This document shows, in pieces, positions 11,160 through 25,100 of a stretch of DNA of 64,000 nt. Position 1 is the first letter of the stretch. Every line of letters starts with the position of its first letter. The notes beneath the pieces were generated by a model. It was not told the DNA's origin. It did not search any database and was given only the letters and a program-made list of their open reading frames with translations. Origin of the DNA: Pecten maximus. Taxonomy: Eukaryota. The stretch covers positions 13,020,001-13,084,000 of the forward strand of contig NC_047029.1 of assembly GCF_902652985.1 (NCBI RefSeq). Direction: 5' to 3'. Made by a program: the position numbers and the translations under genes.

Positions 11160-13625
11160 CATGGTCAGTGTCTTAAAATATAAGCTGTATTTTGGCGAGG
11201 GTAAAGAAAGACAAAAGTGGCGAGCCTTGGCGAGCCACTTTTGTCTTTCTGTCCCGAGCCAAAATACAGCTTATATTTTAAGACACTGACCATGTATTCT
11301 ATTTATCCTGCACCACTCATCGACATTTAACATTTAATTTAAAGATGTTCCTAAAATGTTCGCATGAACAATGTTGCTTTCTGACGCTCCCTGGCGCATG
11401 ACAATATGCGATCAGCTGTTGAAGTGAAACTAGGTTAGATGACGTACGCTTTAAAGTATTCCGCGGTAAAAATATAGTTCCCGACATTTTCAGCTGAGCC
11501 AATGATTTCTTCATCTCACTGAAATTAACTTGACAGAAAGAAAAATGAACATAGCAATTTCCAACATGTATTCAAGTCATGGAGGGATATAATTAATTCC
11601 CTGACATATAGACATTCAGATTCTGGACATTCAGTACTGCCCCATAGAACATGGAGTTCATTGACATCTGTGATAGTGTGTTGTTTGTTACCGGATTAAC
11701 GTTAACATTTGAGGAATTAGAACTTTCTGGACAAGGATTTGGACACGTGTTTAAACTGTGGTGGGTAGATAGTATATTGGAGTAGTTTCTTTGTTGATTC
11801 TCAGTGATGGCACTCTAATTAATGATGGATTGGACATTTTTGTGCCCACTTATTTGCATAATGTCGGTTGGCGGTATGTTTTCATTTCTTAATTTTTGAA
11901 TAAGATGTTTACGCGCACTGTGGTTTGTGAGTTTCTTATGTGGATCAAGTTTTCTCTTTATTGCCATTGTTTTCATGAGACTGCCTAGTTTCTTTTCCCC
12001 GATTTACTGTTTTATGAACCATTTAACAGAACGCCCGTCTGTCAGTGGAATTGTCCTGGGGGCTATATAAAACGGATCGTCCTTTCCAGAGAAGCCTTCT
12101 GAGCGGTTTTCTGAATATACTTTGTACATTTGTACCGGGTCATTTTCGCCTCCATTTGAGAACATTTTTGGTGTAGTTTCCCTCGTGTCACATATGTTAA
12201 CACCCGTTCGCGTTTTTGTCTGTCTTTCATTCAACTCTAAATAAGAGTGACATCGCCCCATCTTAAATTGTAGTGCTCGCTGACCCCTCTAAGGCCAAAA
12301 TGTATGGAATTGTTAAGCCACACAGTGTTCAATAGAGCCTCTGGTGATGATTTCCCTAAAATGTTTTTGCGATATAAAATATTTATTTCGTCGTCCGTAA
12401 TAGGATCCGACTTGTTTACTTTGTTACCCTATCCTTGTTTTTTCAGCTGTTTTTGTTTTGCCGACAATGACAGAATTCGTTGGGATTCCCATTCATGATT
12501 TTGTGACCGTATTTTTGTCTCTGTAATTTTCTGTCTACACTGCCTATAATAGATCTGAGAGAGGTAGGTTCATATTCCCAGCCGTCCTTTTCTCGGACTG
12601 CAATAACAAAGTTGGCCAATAATGAATCTAATTCATCATGTGGAATGTTGTGTAAGTCTCTCGACTCGTTTTTCATAGCTAAAAATTTCTTGACAAGAGC
12701 GATATCATGCAATGTTTTTTTCTTGGTATTTTCATTCTTTTGGTTTTCAATGAAACTTTCTATTTCTTTCATATCGATGTTTACAAATTGTTCATTATCT
12801 CGAGTTGTTTTGGGTGGTGACGGCAAATAGGGTTCTGGTATAGCGGTGTTGTTGACGTCATTCATGTCCGAGTGCCCATGTATGTCATCCATATGGGGGT
12901 TAATGCTATCATCATCGACCATATTGATAGCAGTCATTAACTGAGGGTCATATTCATTTGGTATTTCTACTAAGTTCAGCCGCTGAGTCTCTGGAGGTGT
13001 AACATTGACGCTATCTAATTTTACAGTTTGACTGACAGAGGGTGTCGGTTCATTGTTCACATATTCAACAGCAGGTTCATGATTTAGATCTAATGATACT
13101 TCTCTTGGCATGTCAGGCTCTATATCAATTATATCACAGAGCAATTCAAAAGTTTGCTGACTAACATCCATTTTGAAATTGTCGTCATCTTCAATTTGTT
13201 CCTCAGACATATTGGCGTAGGTTGTTTGTTTACTTGTTGTTGTTGTTTGTTTGTTGACAGCGGTGACGTTAAGTTAAGAGCAGACGTCACGACGACGTCA
13301 AAAACGTCACAAAGCAGATCAGCGGAATATATATTGACTAGATATATTACAGATATAATCTAAATCCTGAAACATGATGCTTTCGACATGAACAAACAAT
13401 TTTTACAAATAAAAATAAAGCAAGATGATATTTATGACATGTGTGTAATGCGATTTTTTTTTTTTAACCGAGACCAAAGTTCAAGGTGTGGGTCATTCAA
13501 AAGTAGTTCCGTCTAGTCGAATTCATGCACGTGAAAAAATACAGCTGTTTTCCGTCACTGCCGTATACAGCAAAAATATATACGGTAGGTGTATTCCGAC
13601 AATGCGTTGGCAGTTGCAGGATAAA
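11154..13625 (-). mobile_element. Crypton-type tyrosine-recombinase DNA transposon, full length but inactivated
   Basis: Terminal hairpin at 11154-11300. Internal tttatcctgca (11302-11312) is inverted to the terminal tgcaggataaa (13615-13625). Encloses a degenerate YR gene and is flanked by microsatellite or TA-rich sequence. Confidence 0.88.
11593..13210 (-). pseudogene. Crypton tyrosine recombinase (DUF3504/ZMYM-KCTD1-related YR), with frameshifts and stops
   Basis: Minus-strand translation gives KNENTKKKT, EYEPTSL, SPEALLNTVW...HFGLRG..EH..L.WGDV, ERQTKTRTG, DPV..YK.Y, KLTNHSARK, IMQISGHKNVQSIIN*S and a C-terminal MFYGAVLNVQNLNVY. The catalytic Tyr codon is TAG (11815-11817), with another stop at ~12004. 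Confidence 0.88.
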
Positions 13626-16144
13626 AATATATATATGCATATACGCATATATATGTGTCTGTCCATAACGTCTATAAATACATCCTGCTTATGGTTGGTC
13701 ACGTGTTAGGTAAATCACGAATTAAGATTATACGATTAATAAATGCTAGCCTGTGGTTCTATTAATCTCCTAAATATCGGACTCTCGTAGCAACCCCTTA
13801 CAATGGCGAGAGCAATGTGTGTTTACGAATAAGGACCTTTCAAATTCAACAAATGGATTAATTTGGATTTAAATATTTTAACAAAATGAAACTCGATCCA
13901 AAGAAAGTAAGTAACTGAATTTGATTTTAAAACTTATTACGGTTGAGTTGTTTCAAAATTACCTTAACCTTTACATTCTATTTGACGCACCTTTACTTAA
14001 GTGCAATGTTAGTTTATGACCTTAACAAGTGTAAATGTAAAACCTGGACATTAATTGCAACGATTGGCTATCTGACTAGAAATGTTATTTTAATAGTCAC
14101 TGATGTGGTGAAGTGGATTACGTAGAAACAATACTTATTTTATTGTTACTAACAATAATCAGCTGTAACACATAGTTTAACGTCTTGTACCAAAGAGTGA
14201 AATCTACACAACAATACTTAAATGAGAATGATACATGAATTCACTGAAAAGGATGGAAATGAATACGAAACATACAATGCTATCTATTACACGTATTGGA
14301 TGTATTGAAATTGCTGCCAGTTGATTCAGCTGCTAAGCCATTCTGAATAAATCTCGTACTCAAATATTGCAAGATAATATGCTACTTAGTTTTTTTTTAT
14401 AATATATATTATATATATATTATATACGATGTCTCACATTTTTGTAAGATATTCAATAAAACATATAATTTTATTAGATACTTGAGAGACAGCTCTGTAA
14501 ATAAATGACAATTTGGCCTGACATACTCCGGCCGTGATCCCAGACAAATCATCAAACCCAAAGAAAGGTGACAATGTTTGAATAAGACTATGAAATAATA
14601 TCAATACTGTTCCTGCATAATCCAGATTTCATGTACATGTAAATAACAATAATATATCATCATTTAGAATGTTAAAATGACTGTGACATGTATATTTTGA
14701 TTTTATCTTTCATAATTAGAAAGTTGACCAATAACAATACCACACCGAATTTACTACCTAATGTGTTTCACTTAAGGGTATATGCTACATTACACGTAAT
14801 ACGTAATACATGTATATTTGTCTAATTAATATCTACCTCCATTATATTTTAAGGAACACTGAATAAATCATAGTAAAATCATTTTTACTACTTTTCCAGT
14901 GCATTGTCTACCAAATTAGAACATGTTTACCTATTACAGTAATTCATTTTGAGTGGAACTCGTTTGTAAAAGGAGAATAACATCAAATAAATAAAGCACA
15001 TTTCGATTCAGATCAGATAACCGTATATCTTCAGGATGGTTGGTATACAGTCGATATCTTTGTCAATTACATCGCCCGTAAAATTGAAAATTGATTATCC
15101 ATAGGTATATCAAATAATATAATTAAAAATAAAATTTGTAACGCTGACCTTTGTTTCATTAGGACAGTACAATATATATATATGATAGTGAATATTTTAA
15201 TGAGGTATCGATAAAAAGAAACCTATGCACCAAATTATATTGTTTTGTATTGATCAATGAAGGTAAGCTGAAGTTTAAACAATGCCAGAAGAAGGAAGTC
15301 CAATCATCAAGAAGGTCCAGTTTAAGACCAATAAACCCGATGGTCTTAGTTACAGGAACGAGTGGGTGAAATCCAAACGGAGAAGGTAAATACACAACGG
15401 TTATAACTTATATATATATCCCATATCACTTTGCGTTCGGGGAAAACTATTTGTGTGCATACAAATTTATATTTATTGTAATTTATTTTACAGCTTTCTC
15501 TGTTGTTTTCGTTTAGGTCTTGAAATAAAAGAGAAATAAAATTTGAATATGATAACTCCGTAAATGAGAAACATGTTCGCAGAATAAAAATTACCAGAAC
15601 AAAAAAAATTATTTGGCTCGATAAAGATCAGCTGATGTTTACAAAAGGCGGAATAGTTTTATATATGAATTAAGATATAGATACGTATATGTCGAATACG
15701 GTTCCTTTAGCCCCACCTATATGGAACGTAATCCTTCGCCTGGTATATAGTATAGCACGCAGTGAAGATACAACAATACCAGTTGTTTTTCTCCCTAATC
15801 AGATTAAGTTTTCTGATACCACACACCTAAAGCGAAGGTATTGCAGTACTGCCAATGACTAATCTCCGCACATAGGTAATTTGTACTTGGCAAGGTTAAG
15901 GTCGGATTCATTTAAATGTAACAGTACTGTACCGATAGAATCACAGTAAAATGGTGACATGATATCTGGAAATTCCTTGGAATGCCATCTCGGACTGCTT
16001 TGTCGTTCCGGAAAGTTATTCCGTATTTCATTTGTGGTGTGAATGTTTAGATACAAACACAAATGAGTATCTTTATCATTAGTTTGTGTAATTGGGCATT
16101 GGAGTAATAAGTCATACAACGTTTAGCAATGGTGAAAAAGGAAG

Positions 16145-19100
16145 ATGGAGTCCGAATACAATTACGCAGTATTCCAAGTGGATAATAGAAATACTCCGAG
16201 TTGTGACGAGTCATTACGACCGACGAGCTGTTCTAGTAGGGGCAGCAAAAGGTAACTTTGTATTCATATGTATTAAAATGGTAAGGACGTACCAGAAATT
16301 AACTTCCGTGGTTCATTTCCGACATATTTGTATATATTCAACGGAAATTCATTAATAATCTTGTATGCTTGTTTTGTTTGAACGTGGAATAATAATCATC
16401 CAGTTGGGAATTGGAAAACTATATTCAATTTAGTTAGATATACATTAATAATATACATAACCTATTATCTTATATGACCTTGTATACATCCTTGTGCGAT
16501 ATCAATTTTGGACTAAATAATAAAGTTGCTGAAATCCCCTTCGTGGCATTACGGACCACAAAGTCATCGGGGGTATATCACATCCCTGCACTTATTTAGG
16601 TGGAACTGCCAATACTTTCTCTTTGCTTCTTTAGGAATCGAATACAATCCCTTACTGATCACGAGAGTATGTATTATAGGGTCACAGAATACAACCCCTT
16701 ACTGGTCACGAGAGTATGTATTATAGGGTCACAGAATACAACCCCTTACTGGTCACGAGAGTATGTATTATAGGGTCACAGAATACAATCCCTTACTGGT
16801 CACGAGAGTATGTATTATAGGGTCACAGAATACAACCCCTTACTGGTCACGAGAGTATGTATTATAGGGTCACAGAATACAATCCCTTACTGGTCACGAG
16901 AGTATGTATTATAGGGTCACAGAATACAATCCCTTACTGGTCACGAGAGTATGTATTATAGGGTCACAGAATACAACCCCTTACTGGTCACGAGAGTATG
17001 TATTATAGGGTCACAGAATACAACCCCTTACTGGTCACGAGAGTATGTATTATAGGGTCACAGAATACAACCCCTTACTGGTCACGAGAGTATGTATTAT
17101 AGGGTCACAGAATACAACCCCTTACTGGTCACGAGAGTATGTATTATAGGGTCACAGAATACAACCCCTTACTGGTCACGAGAGTTTGTATTATAGGGTC
17201 ACAGAATACAACCCCTTACTGGTCACGAGAGTATGTATTATAGGGTCACAGAATACAACCCCTTACTGGTCACGAGAGTATGTATTATAGGGTCACAGAA
17301 TACAACCCCTTACTGGTCACGAGAGTATGTATTATAGGGTCACAGAATACAACCCCTTACTGGTCACGAGAGTATGTATTATAGGGTCACTGAATACAAA
17401 ATTGGTGTATGTAAAGCATACATGCCGATATCATTTTCTTATACCGTACATTTGAATGGTGCAGTTTTAAGATCATGATTGGATATTTACTGAATCGTTT
17501 ACGCGTACCGTAATATGTTTGCTGTTGTTCTAGTGATAGTGGACGTTTGTTCTTGTTCATATGATATTAGATGTTTGTCGTTGTTCAATGATATAAGCCG
17601 TTTGGTACTGTTCCGATGATATTTGTTTTCGTTTTAAGTTGTTTTGATGACGTATTGTATTGTTTTGATGATTTGAGATGTTCGTTGTTGGTGAGATAAT
17701 ATTAGATGTTGGTTATTGTTTTGATAATATGATATGTTTGCTGTTATTCTGAAGATATCAAATTTTTGTTGCTGTTTTGATGATATGAGAAGTTTGTTGT
17801 TAGTGAGATGATATTCGTTTTCGTTTTAAGTTTTTTTTTTATGAGATACTATGTTTGTATTGTTCTGAGGATATCATTAGTTTGTTGTTGTTCTGATTAT
17901 ATGAGATATTTATTTGTGATCCGATGATATTGGACCACAATTTACAGAAATGACAATTAGCGCTATCATAATCTAGTAGAAGACTTACTTATGTTACCGC
18001 TGAAATATATATAGCTGTCCGCTTGTTTGCAACACATTGTCCAGTATGGTTTCTGCCGAGGAATGGTTTTCGTAACTTCATATCTGTTTAAGATATTGAT
18101 TTAATACTCAAATCAAATTAACAGTGAAGTTTTTTTTTTAGTTTGTGTTTTACATACGCACTCGGCAAATATAACAACTAGGGTTACATCTGTCACGGTT
18201 CGATTTTACATTCAACCAAGGTTCTTGATTATACTTTATAGTACCGTGTTTTGAACATAAAAAACCAAACTACGTGTATATACAGGTCCATCATTTGCAA
18301 TATACAGTAATAACAACAAATATTTACAGCAGCACAGAATGAAACCAACTTCCTCAGTAACACAATATTTGTATTACCCCAAACTATAAATTACAAAGTA
18401 TCAAAAAGTATACCAGCCAGTAGCTTCTGTAAAGGTATAAGAGAAGTATACAACCAAATTGCAACTAATGAACTATCAGACAATGGCTGTTATATCTTCA
18501 TCCTTACTCCCACACATACTAGTTACATTCACATATGTAGACTTACACACTTTTCCATTCAAAATGGTGCACATATATTAGCATACACTGTTTTCAATAT
18601 TAAATACATAGAGGTTACACAACGAGTGGTTGTTGGATATGGAATTTATTTCACACGAGTAAGTTATTTTTTAAAAGTTACAAAAGACACGAGCTTTAGC
18701 GAGTGTTTTTCGCAACTTTTAAAAAATAACTTACGAGTGTGAAATAAATTCCATATCCAACAATTTCGAGTCGTGTGACCTGTTTCTACCACAATAATAT
18801 CGGCTTGAATCAAAGGGAAACGTGGCCAAGTATAATTTCGAGTATGCAAATAAAGTGTACCGGTGACGTCCGGGACCCGGTGATGTGACGTCATTTGATT
18901 ATTGATGACGTCAATAACAATTGCAGCTTGTGTGCCGTGTTAGCCAATCAAAATGCGTACAGAGTTTATACCACGTGTGGTATGTGGTATAAACAGATTG
19001 TTAATCAACAGCTGTAATGATGAACTGATGGTCTGAGAGTTGAATAACACAGGGTATTGTGGTAGAAACAATCATAATCACTCGCACACATTACCAAAAT

Positions 19101-22100
19101 AAATACATACACTCATACTACATATATTGTACATTCTGATAACATAGATTCACACTCACAATCAATATTTCAGCTATAATTAAACAAAATACTTTCATAA
19201 ATATACAAATGCATACTTCTACTAAGGGACACAACTCTCAACCGAAGGTACATAACTCGTAAAATCCATTCCCGTAACACATCATTGTAAAACTATGTTG
19301 ACAATTCTCACGTTTTGCATGTTTACAGTACCATATTTGGGGTGACAAAACGGGATTTAAATCGGGTTAAGGTTGACATCGACCGCCTGTGGAAAGAAAG
19401 GTGCTCTCTTGTGAAAAAGGAAAAGTAAGTCTCAATACATTTAGACAATGTATCCATTGCTTGGTAAACCTTGTTTCAATAAATAAAAAAAAACTTTAAG
19501 GACACTATTTTGAAAAGAAATCCGTCACTTTCGTATGTTTACCTGTTTGATTTAATAGCCTCACAAAATTCGAAACAAGACAAATAATCCATATCGCTGT
19601 CTACAGTTACATAGTCCGAATTACCAAGTTTATTTTCCAAACAGCCAATATTAATTGATTTATTGTGGGCTTAGTCTGTTTCTTTGAGTAACGGTTCCCC
19701 GTCATGTCATGTTTGGTTATCCAGCTCTGTTGTATTGTCATTTGAAATGACATTTTAATTATGTCAATTTTGCTCCTTCAGTCCAGATTTTGAAGATGTA
19801 ACGAGGCTGAAAAAGATTCTCACTGATGCCATCGACGTGACTGGACGAACTCGTATAAACGTCAGAGACAAAGAAAAGTATGTTTACAGATCTTCATTTG
19901 AATTGATTGTAGTCTTACAGTACAGTATATGATAATATCATATTGATATAGCATATGTTATACGGGCTTGTATATTTATAGAGATAGATGGTAAGAGGGA
20001 AACATAGATAAAACTCACATACATAAGTATACATACTTATGTATATATTCGTAAATCTAAATCAGGAAGTGATCGATTTACGTGGTATTAAATCAGTTAG
20101 AAATGTATGTACAAATCGTATTCTACTGCACTTGTATTTGATGAAGCCGACGACGCTTAGCATTCCAGAACGCGTGGTCTTGTTCTCCTGGCAGTTTTCT
20201 CTTATGTTTCCATGCAATTCCGACCACCTTTCTGTTTGGTTTTTAATACCTAAATCATACCTTTCTACACAATTAAATTTAAATGATTTTAACATTTATT
20301 CAATTTCGTTAAAACGATTTTGAGTTAGATTTACGCTTCGCTTGCCTATTGTTATTTTCTGTATTTTTCGGGAGCAAAATATTATACCGTTATTTGTTTA
20401 TATAAATAGCAGGGTTTATATTCACATCACACTTCCAAACACTCTAACAATTTGTCTTTATGTTCAATTCCTCAAACATGTGGATAGCAAGTCGTGATTA
20501 TGTCAATCTATTCTTAGGATATCGATTCTGGAGAAAATTGCAAAACATTAAATGATGTAACGAATGCTGTGTTATTGTGTGATGTAGACGTAAAATCTAC
20601 ATACTACATATACTATTTATATAACAAGGTGCTTTATATTGTTATGTTTTAGCTATGACGACAACGATGTGGAATCATTTTCAAAAGACATCAATGGGTT
20701 ACAGATGTTGTTTCACGGATGTTTGGAAATCTGGAATAACGTGAAAGAACCTACCAGGAAAGAGTATGTTCTTTCTTATGCCTTCAGTCTTTCATACTCT
20801 ATCAAAAAAAAAACCCATACAAATGATCATTCATATTATCATACCCCCTCTATGAGATTTACATTATAACACATTCTATATCTACATATATCATAATTAA
20901 GGGTCGTCATTTCCCCTTATCATTTCCAAACTTTATAAGTTGTATTTATCATGAAAGTAATACACATCAAAACTACCACCAGGAATATATATACGTCGGT
21001 AAGGTCCTTAAAAAGACCATGCTCCTGAACATATTATCAATATTTTGAAGTTTAACATTTTTAACGACACAAAGTAAATTGGTTTTAAGTTTACTGTATA
21101 TGTTTTCGAACGATTAATCATTTCATATTACAGATGAATGTCATGTAATGATCCGGTGATGATACATATGTATGATAGCAACAGTTGAATTATTATGTTC
21201 ATGATTATGTAAAGCGATTGAAGACGGTCATGCAACGAACTGGAAAAGTTTGGAATAAGAATACAAAAATATACATACATTCAACTTATAGAAAATGTTT
21301 TTGATGTGTGGTTAACATTTGTGATTGGTATAATTTCATGTATATTATATGATTCTTTCATAAAGGGGATATGGTGGTTATTTCCAAGCATTTTTCTTTT
21401 TCATCATGTTCCATAAATACCACCTTAAAAAAAAATCATAAAATAATGCGCGGGGTGGTGATTTTCGCGCTAAATGGCGATTAATAGTAAGTGTAATATT
21501 TAAAAAATGTGTAGATGAATGTGAAGTTCTCGGTTATTATTTCTTTATATTTAATTATTTATTGATTAATCATTGTTTGGATTTTATACTCGTTGGTGTT
21601 GCTAAGAGGTGGTTGTTATTAATTAATAGACGAAGACAAGAGATCCTTTCAGAACTAATGGAGCTAGCAACAGACCTTGCCTCTTTGTTCGGGGAAGTCA
21701 TGTCACTTTTCCTACAGAGGTAAGGCAAGGCCAAAATCGCAATATCTTTCAGAGGTAATGTAAATAACAACATACCTATAACAAAATACATTATACAATT
21801 GATACTTGATCAAACAAGACCCAAGGAGTCTATATGAATATACTGATATAATTCATTTTTGGAAAAATACATTGACATTTAATCTAGGATTATTGATTTA
21901 AACGTAATCGATATCGTTTAGCTATATATCAATCACTATGGAAATAATAACTATTGATTGATACACATTTTTTTAATGACATTTATGTTGACACGGTAAC
22001 GAGAGAAAGACTTAGTAATGACATAGCATTTCATACTAGCTTCGTGAAAAGAAATTGATGATGAATTGTATTTATATGTTTTATAGGTACTGCCGAATGA

Positions 22101-25100
22101 TTTTTATCATAACAAGTCTATGGGGGAAAGACATAAATGTTTCATCAAATCAATGCCAGATAATTGTTGAATCCAATGTTCTTTTCGTTTCCCGGATAGA
22201 TACTTCTGTACTACAAATGTTAACGCCATCGATTTCATGTGTCATATATAAACTAAACGCCATTACTAAAAATGCTATTTTGCTATAATACTAAAAATGT
22301 TATTATACTATGATACTTAAAATGTTATTATGCTATAATACTTAAAATGCTATTATGCTATAATACTAAAAATGCTATTTTGCTATAATACTAAAAATGC
22401 TATTGTGCTATAATACTAAAAATGCTATTGTGTTATAAAACTAAAAATGCTATTTTGCTATAATACTAAAAATACTATTATGCTATAATACTAAAAATGC
22501 TATTGTGTTATAATACTAAAAATGCTATTGTGCTTTAACACTAAAAATGCTTTTGTGTTATAATACTAAAATGCTATTTTGCATTAATACTAAAAATACT
22601 ATTATGCTATAATACTAAAAATGCTATTATGCTATATAAACACGTATGTTTTGTAGGTTTCAGTTGAACATCCTCCCAATGTTGAGACCGGTACATGGAC
22701 TGTTCTACGCTATGAGCATGCACTGCAGATATAATTGTCTGGACAGAGAGATCGAGTAAGTACAGTTAACATTATGTACGGCCAATATATTTAAGGATTG
22801 AATCTTGATTTGGTCGATTTCATGGGGTCATGAATTTAATTGCTCTTGAGACAAATTTAATGAACTGCGAAGCAGTTCATGTTGAATTTGTCTCAAGAGC
22901 AACTCAATTCATGACCCCATGAAATCGACCAAATCAAGATTCAATCCTTATATTTCAATTCTTTTTTTTTTCGAATAAAAAAGTCGGTCTAGATATTAAT
23001 GTCTCGAAGCTTGTGCAAGTCCAAATGCGGAAAACTCCGAGGAGTTCCGGATTGTGCATGTCTAGTCAATCGAGTAAAAGAGTCAGCAATATTAGGATTA
23101 AAAATAGCATTATTTTGTCAAAATAGAAGAATTTAGCATATCTGGTCTTTCATAAAATACAAGAATACATAATAAATTTGATAATTTTAATAATTATTCC
23201 ATGTTTATAACAACAATGTAGAAAAAGTGAAATCGTCCCGCGGAAGAATTTTAACCATGTATTCATACGCACTGATCAGTGTTAATCTGGTCAAATTCAT
23301 GAGCAAATGAAACAGATTAAGTTTGGTAGTTTCATTGAGTCCAACTTGAGTAGAAATTGAAATATTACATAATAACTATATATATATAATAAATGATATA
23401 TCTCAAACCCTTTAGAATAACGTTAAGATATCAACATTTATAAATAACTAAATTGTATTGTTTTATGTTTTAACAGCTTTCTGCCTGGCGCAAGAAATGT
23501 ATACTCCAGCTTCTTGTCTGGAGTTCTTGGATTGATGAGGAGCGCAAAAGTCCTTTTAAAGAGGCTTAAGTGAGTATACATACACATGATATTACTATTC
23601 CTACTCCTTGTACGTTTTGGTAAGTCCTTCTGTAATTTTTACATTTAATATATTGCCCTAATCTTTATTGATTACGGTTCTGTGTACGCCGTTCTTCTGT
23701 AATTCTTATCCATGTTCCTTTTAACCTAATAAGTATAGATCTCACAGATGTATATATACGTATCATATATCTTATGGAGGTAAACATATCAAATAGAAAC
23801 GCAGAGATTTGTTTCCTATATAATAATTCAAGGTTCATTTCAGATATGAAAATGACCAGGCTGGTCAAAGAAGAAGCATGATACAAAACAGCATATCCGG
23901 ATTTTTGACAGAAATATCAATCATCATCACACAAGGAACAAATCAGTATGTTTTCGGTATTTTAACAAAATTATATTTAACGTCAAAATCAGTTATTTAT
24001 TCACGAAGCAAGTATAATTATATAATACAATTCAAATCAATTTCTGATTAATTGATGTATGTAAGAATGTTGAAAACAACAATTGTTGTCCTTACATCAT
24101 TTCAAGCAAGTTATTGTATTTTACATCAGCAATATAATTACGTATAACAATTACGTGATGTATAGATATATACACTAAAACACAATATGATTTCCTATAT
24201 ACCGATATAGATGTAAACTATAACACCATGTTTTTAGTCTTTATATCAATATAATGTCAATTATCGGACGTACATATATGTGAATATCATTTAACCAACA
24301 CACACAATGTCATACAATTTTATTAACATTATAGAATATTATTTTTAACTATAAATTGACATTTCAGCGTTTCATTAGAAGAGTATAGACAGCTGATGTT
24401 TAAAGTTGGAAGTCTTTGTACAGATACTTTCTTTGGAATAGGGAAAACGAAAGGGTAAGTTTGTCGACTTCAGTTCTTATTACATGAATCAGGTACGAAG
24501 AACTTAATTCAGATAAAGATACGGAGTACAGTTAAAGATGAATTGAAATCTGTTATTATATACTAGTATATATTCGAATGAGTGGGCTGTATATGGATAC
24601 AATATAGATGATACTGATACCTATATGAACATGTTACATTCACTTTCAATCGAAATACAAAGAAGATGAGGATATTGTTTTTGATTTGGGGCATCATACC
24701 TCCATTATTATTCTGTAAACGTGCTTAATTTGACACACATTCATTTATTAGCGCAAAACCAACTAAAACAGATAAGCGGAATGATAAATAAGGGCACCAA
24801 CAATGGTTGCCATAGAAACTAATGTAGATAAACTACAATTAGCTCAATCATAATTTAGCGAAATGCTTCTAGCGCTAAAAACACTAAATTAGATAGATAA
24901 GAAAAATTAGATTACCCTCAAAATATGTACATATACAGTATTTAAAATAACATGGTATTTCTTCCTTGGGTAATCTTTGGTGATGGAAGATTAAATGTGG
25001 ATATACACCTTTTTCAGAATCGCAGATACATTGGAAATGGGAGAGGGTGTGGTGGCCTTGGAACCATGTAAGCACTTAGGTAATGTATCCTACTGTGACG

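Noticed and set aside
16641-17399. CRISPR-like regular array
   Set aside because: Head-to-tail identical units with no unique spacers and no cas genes; it is a eukaryotic minisatellite.
24806-24819. RFX X-box-like gttgccatagaaac in an intron
   Set aside because: Appears embedded in a degenerate MITE-like repeat, with no other support.
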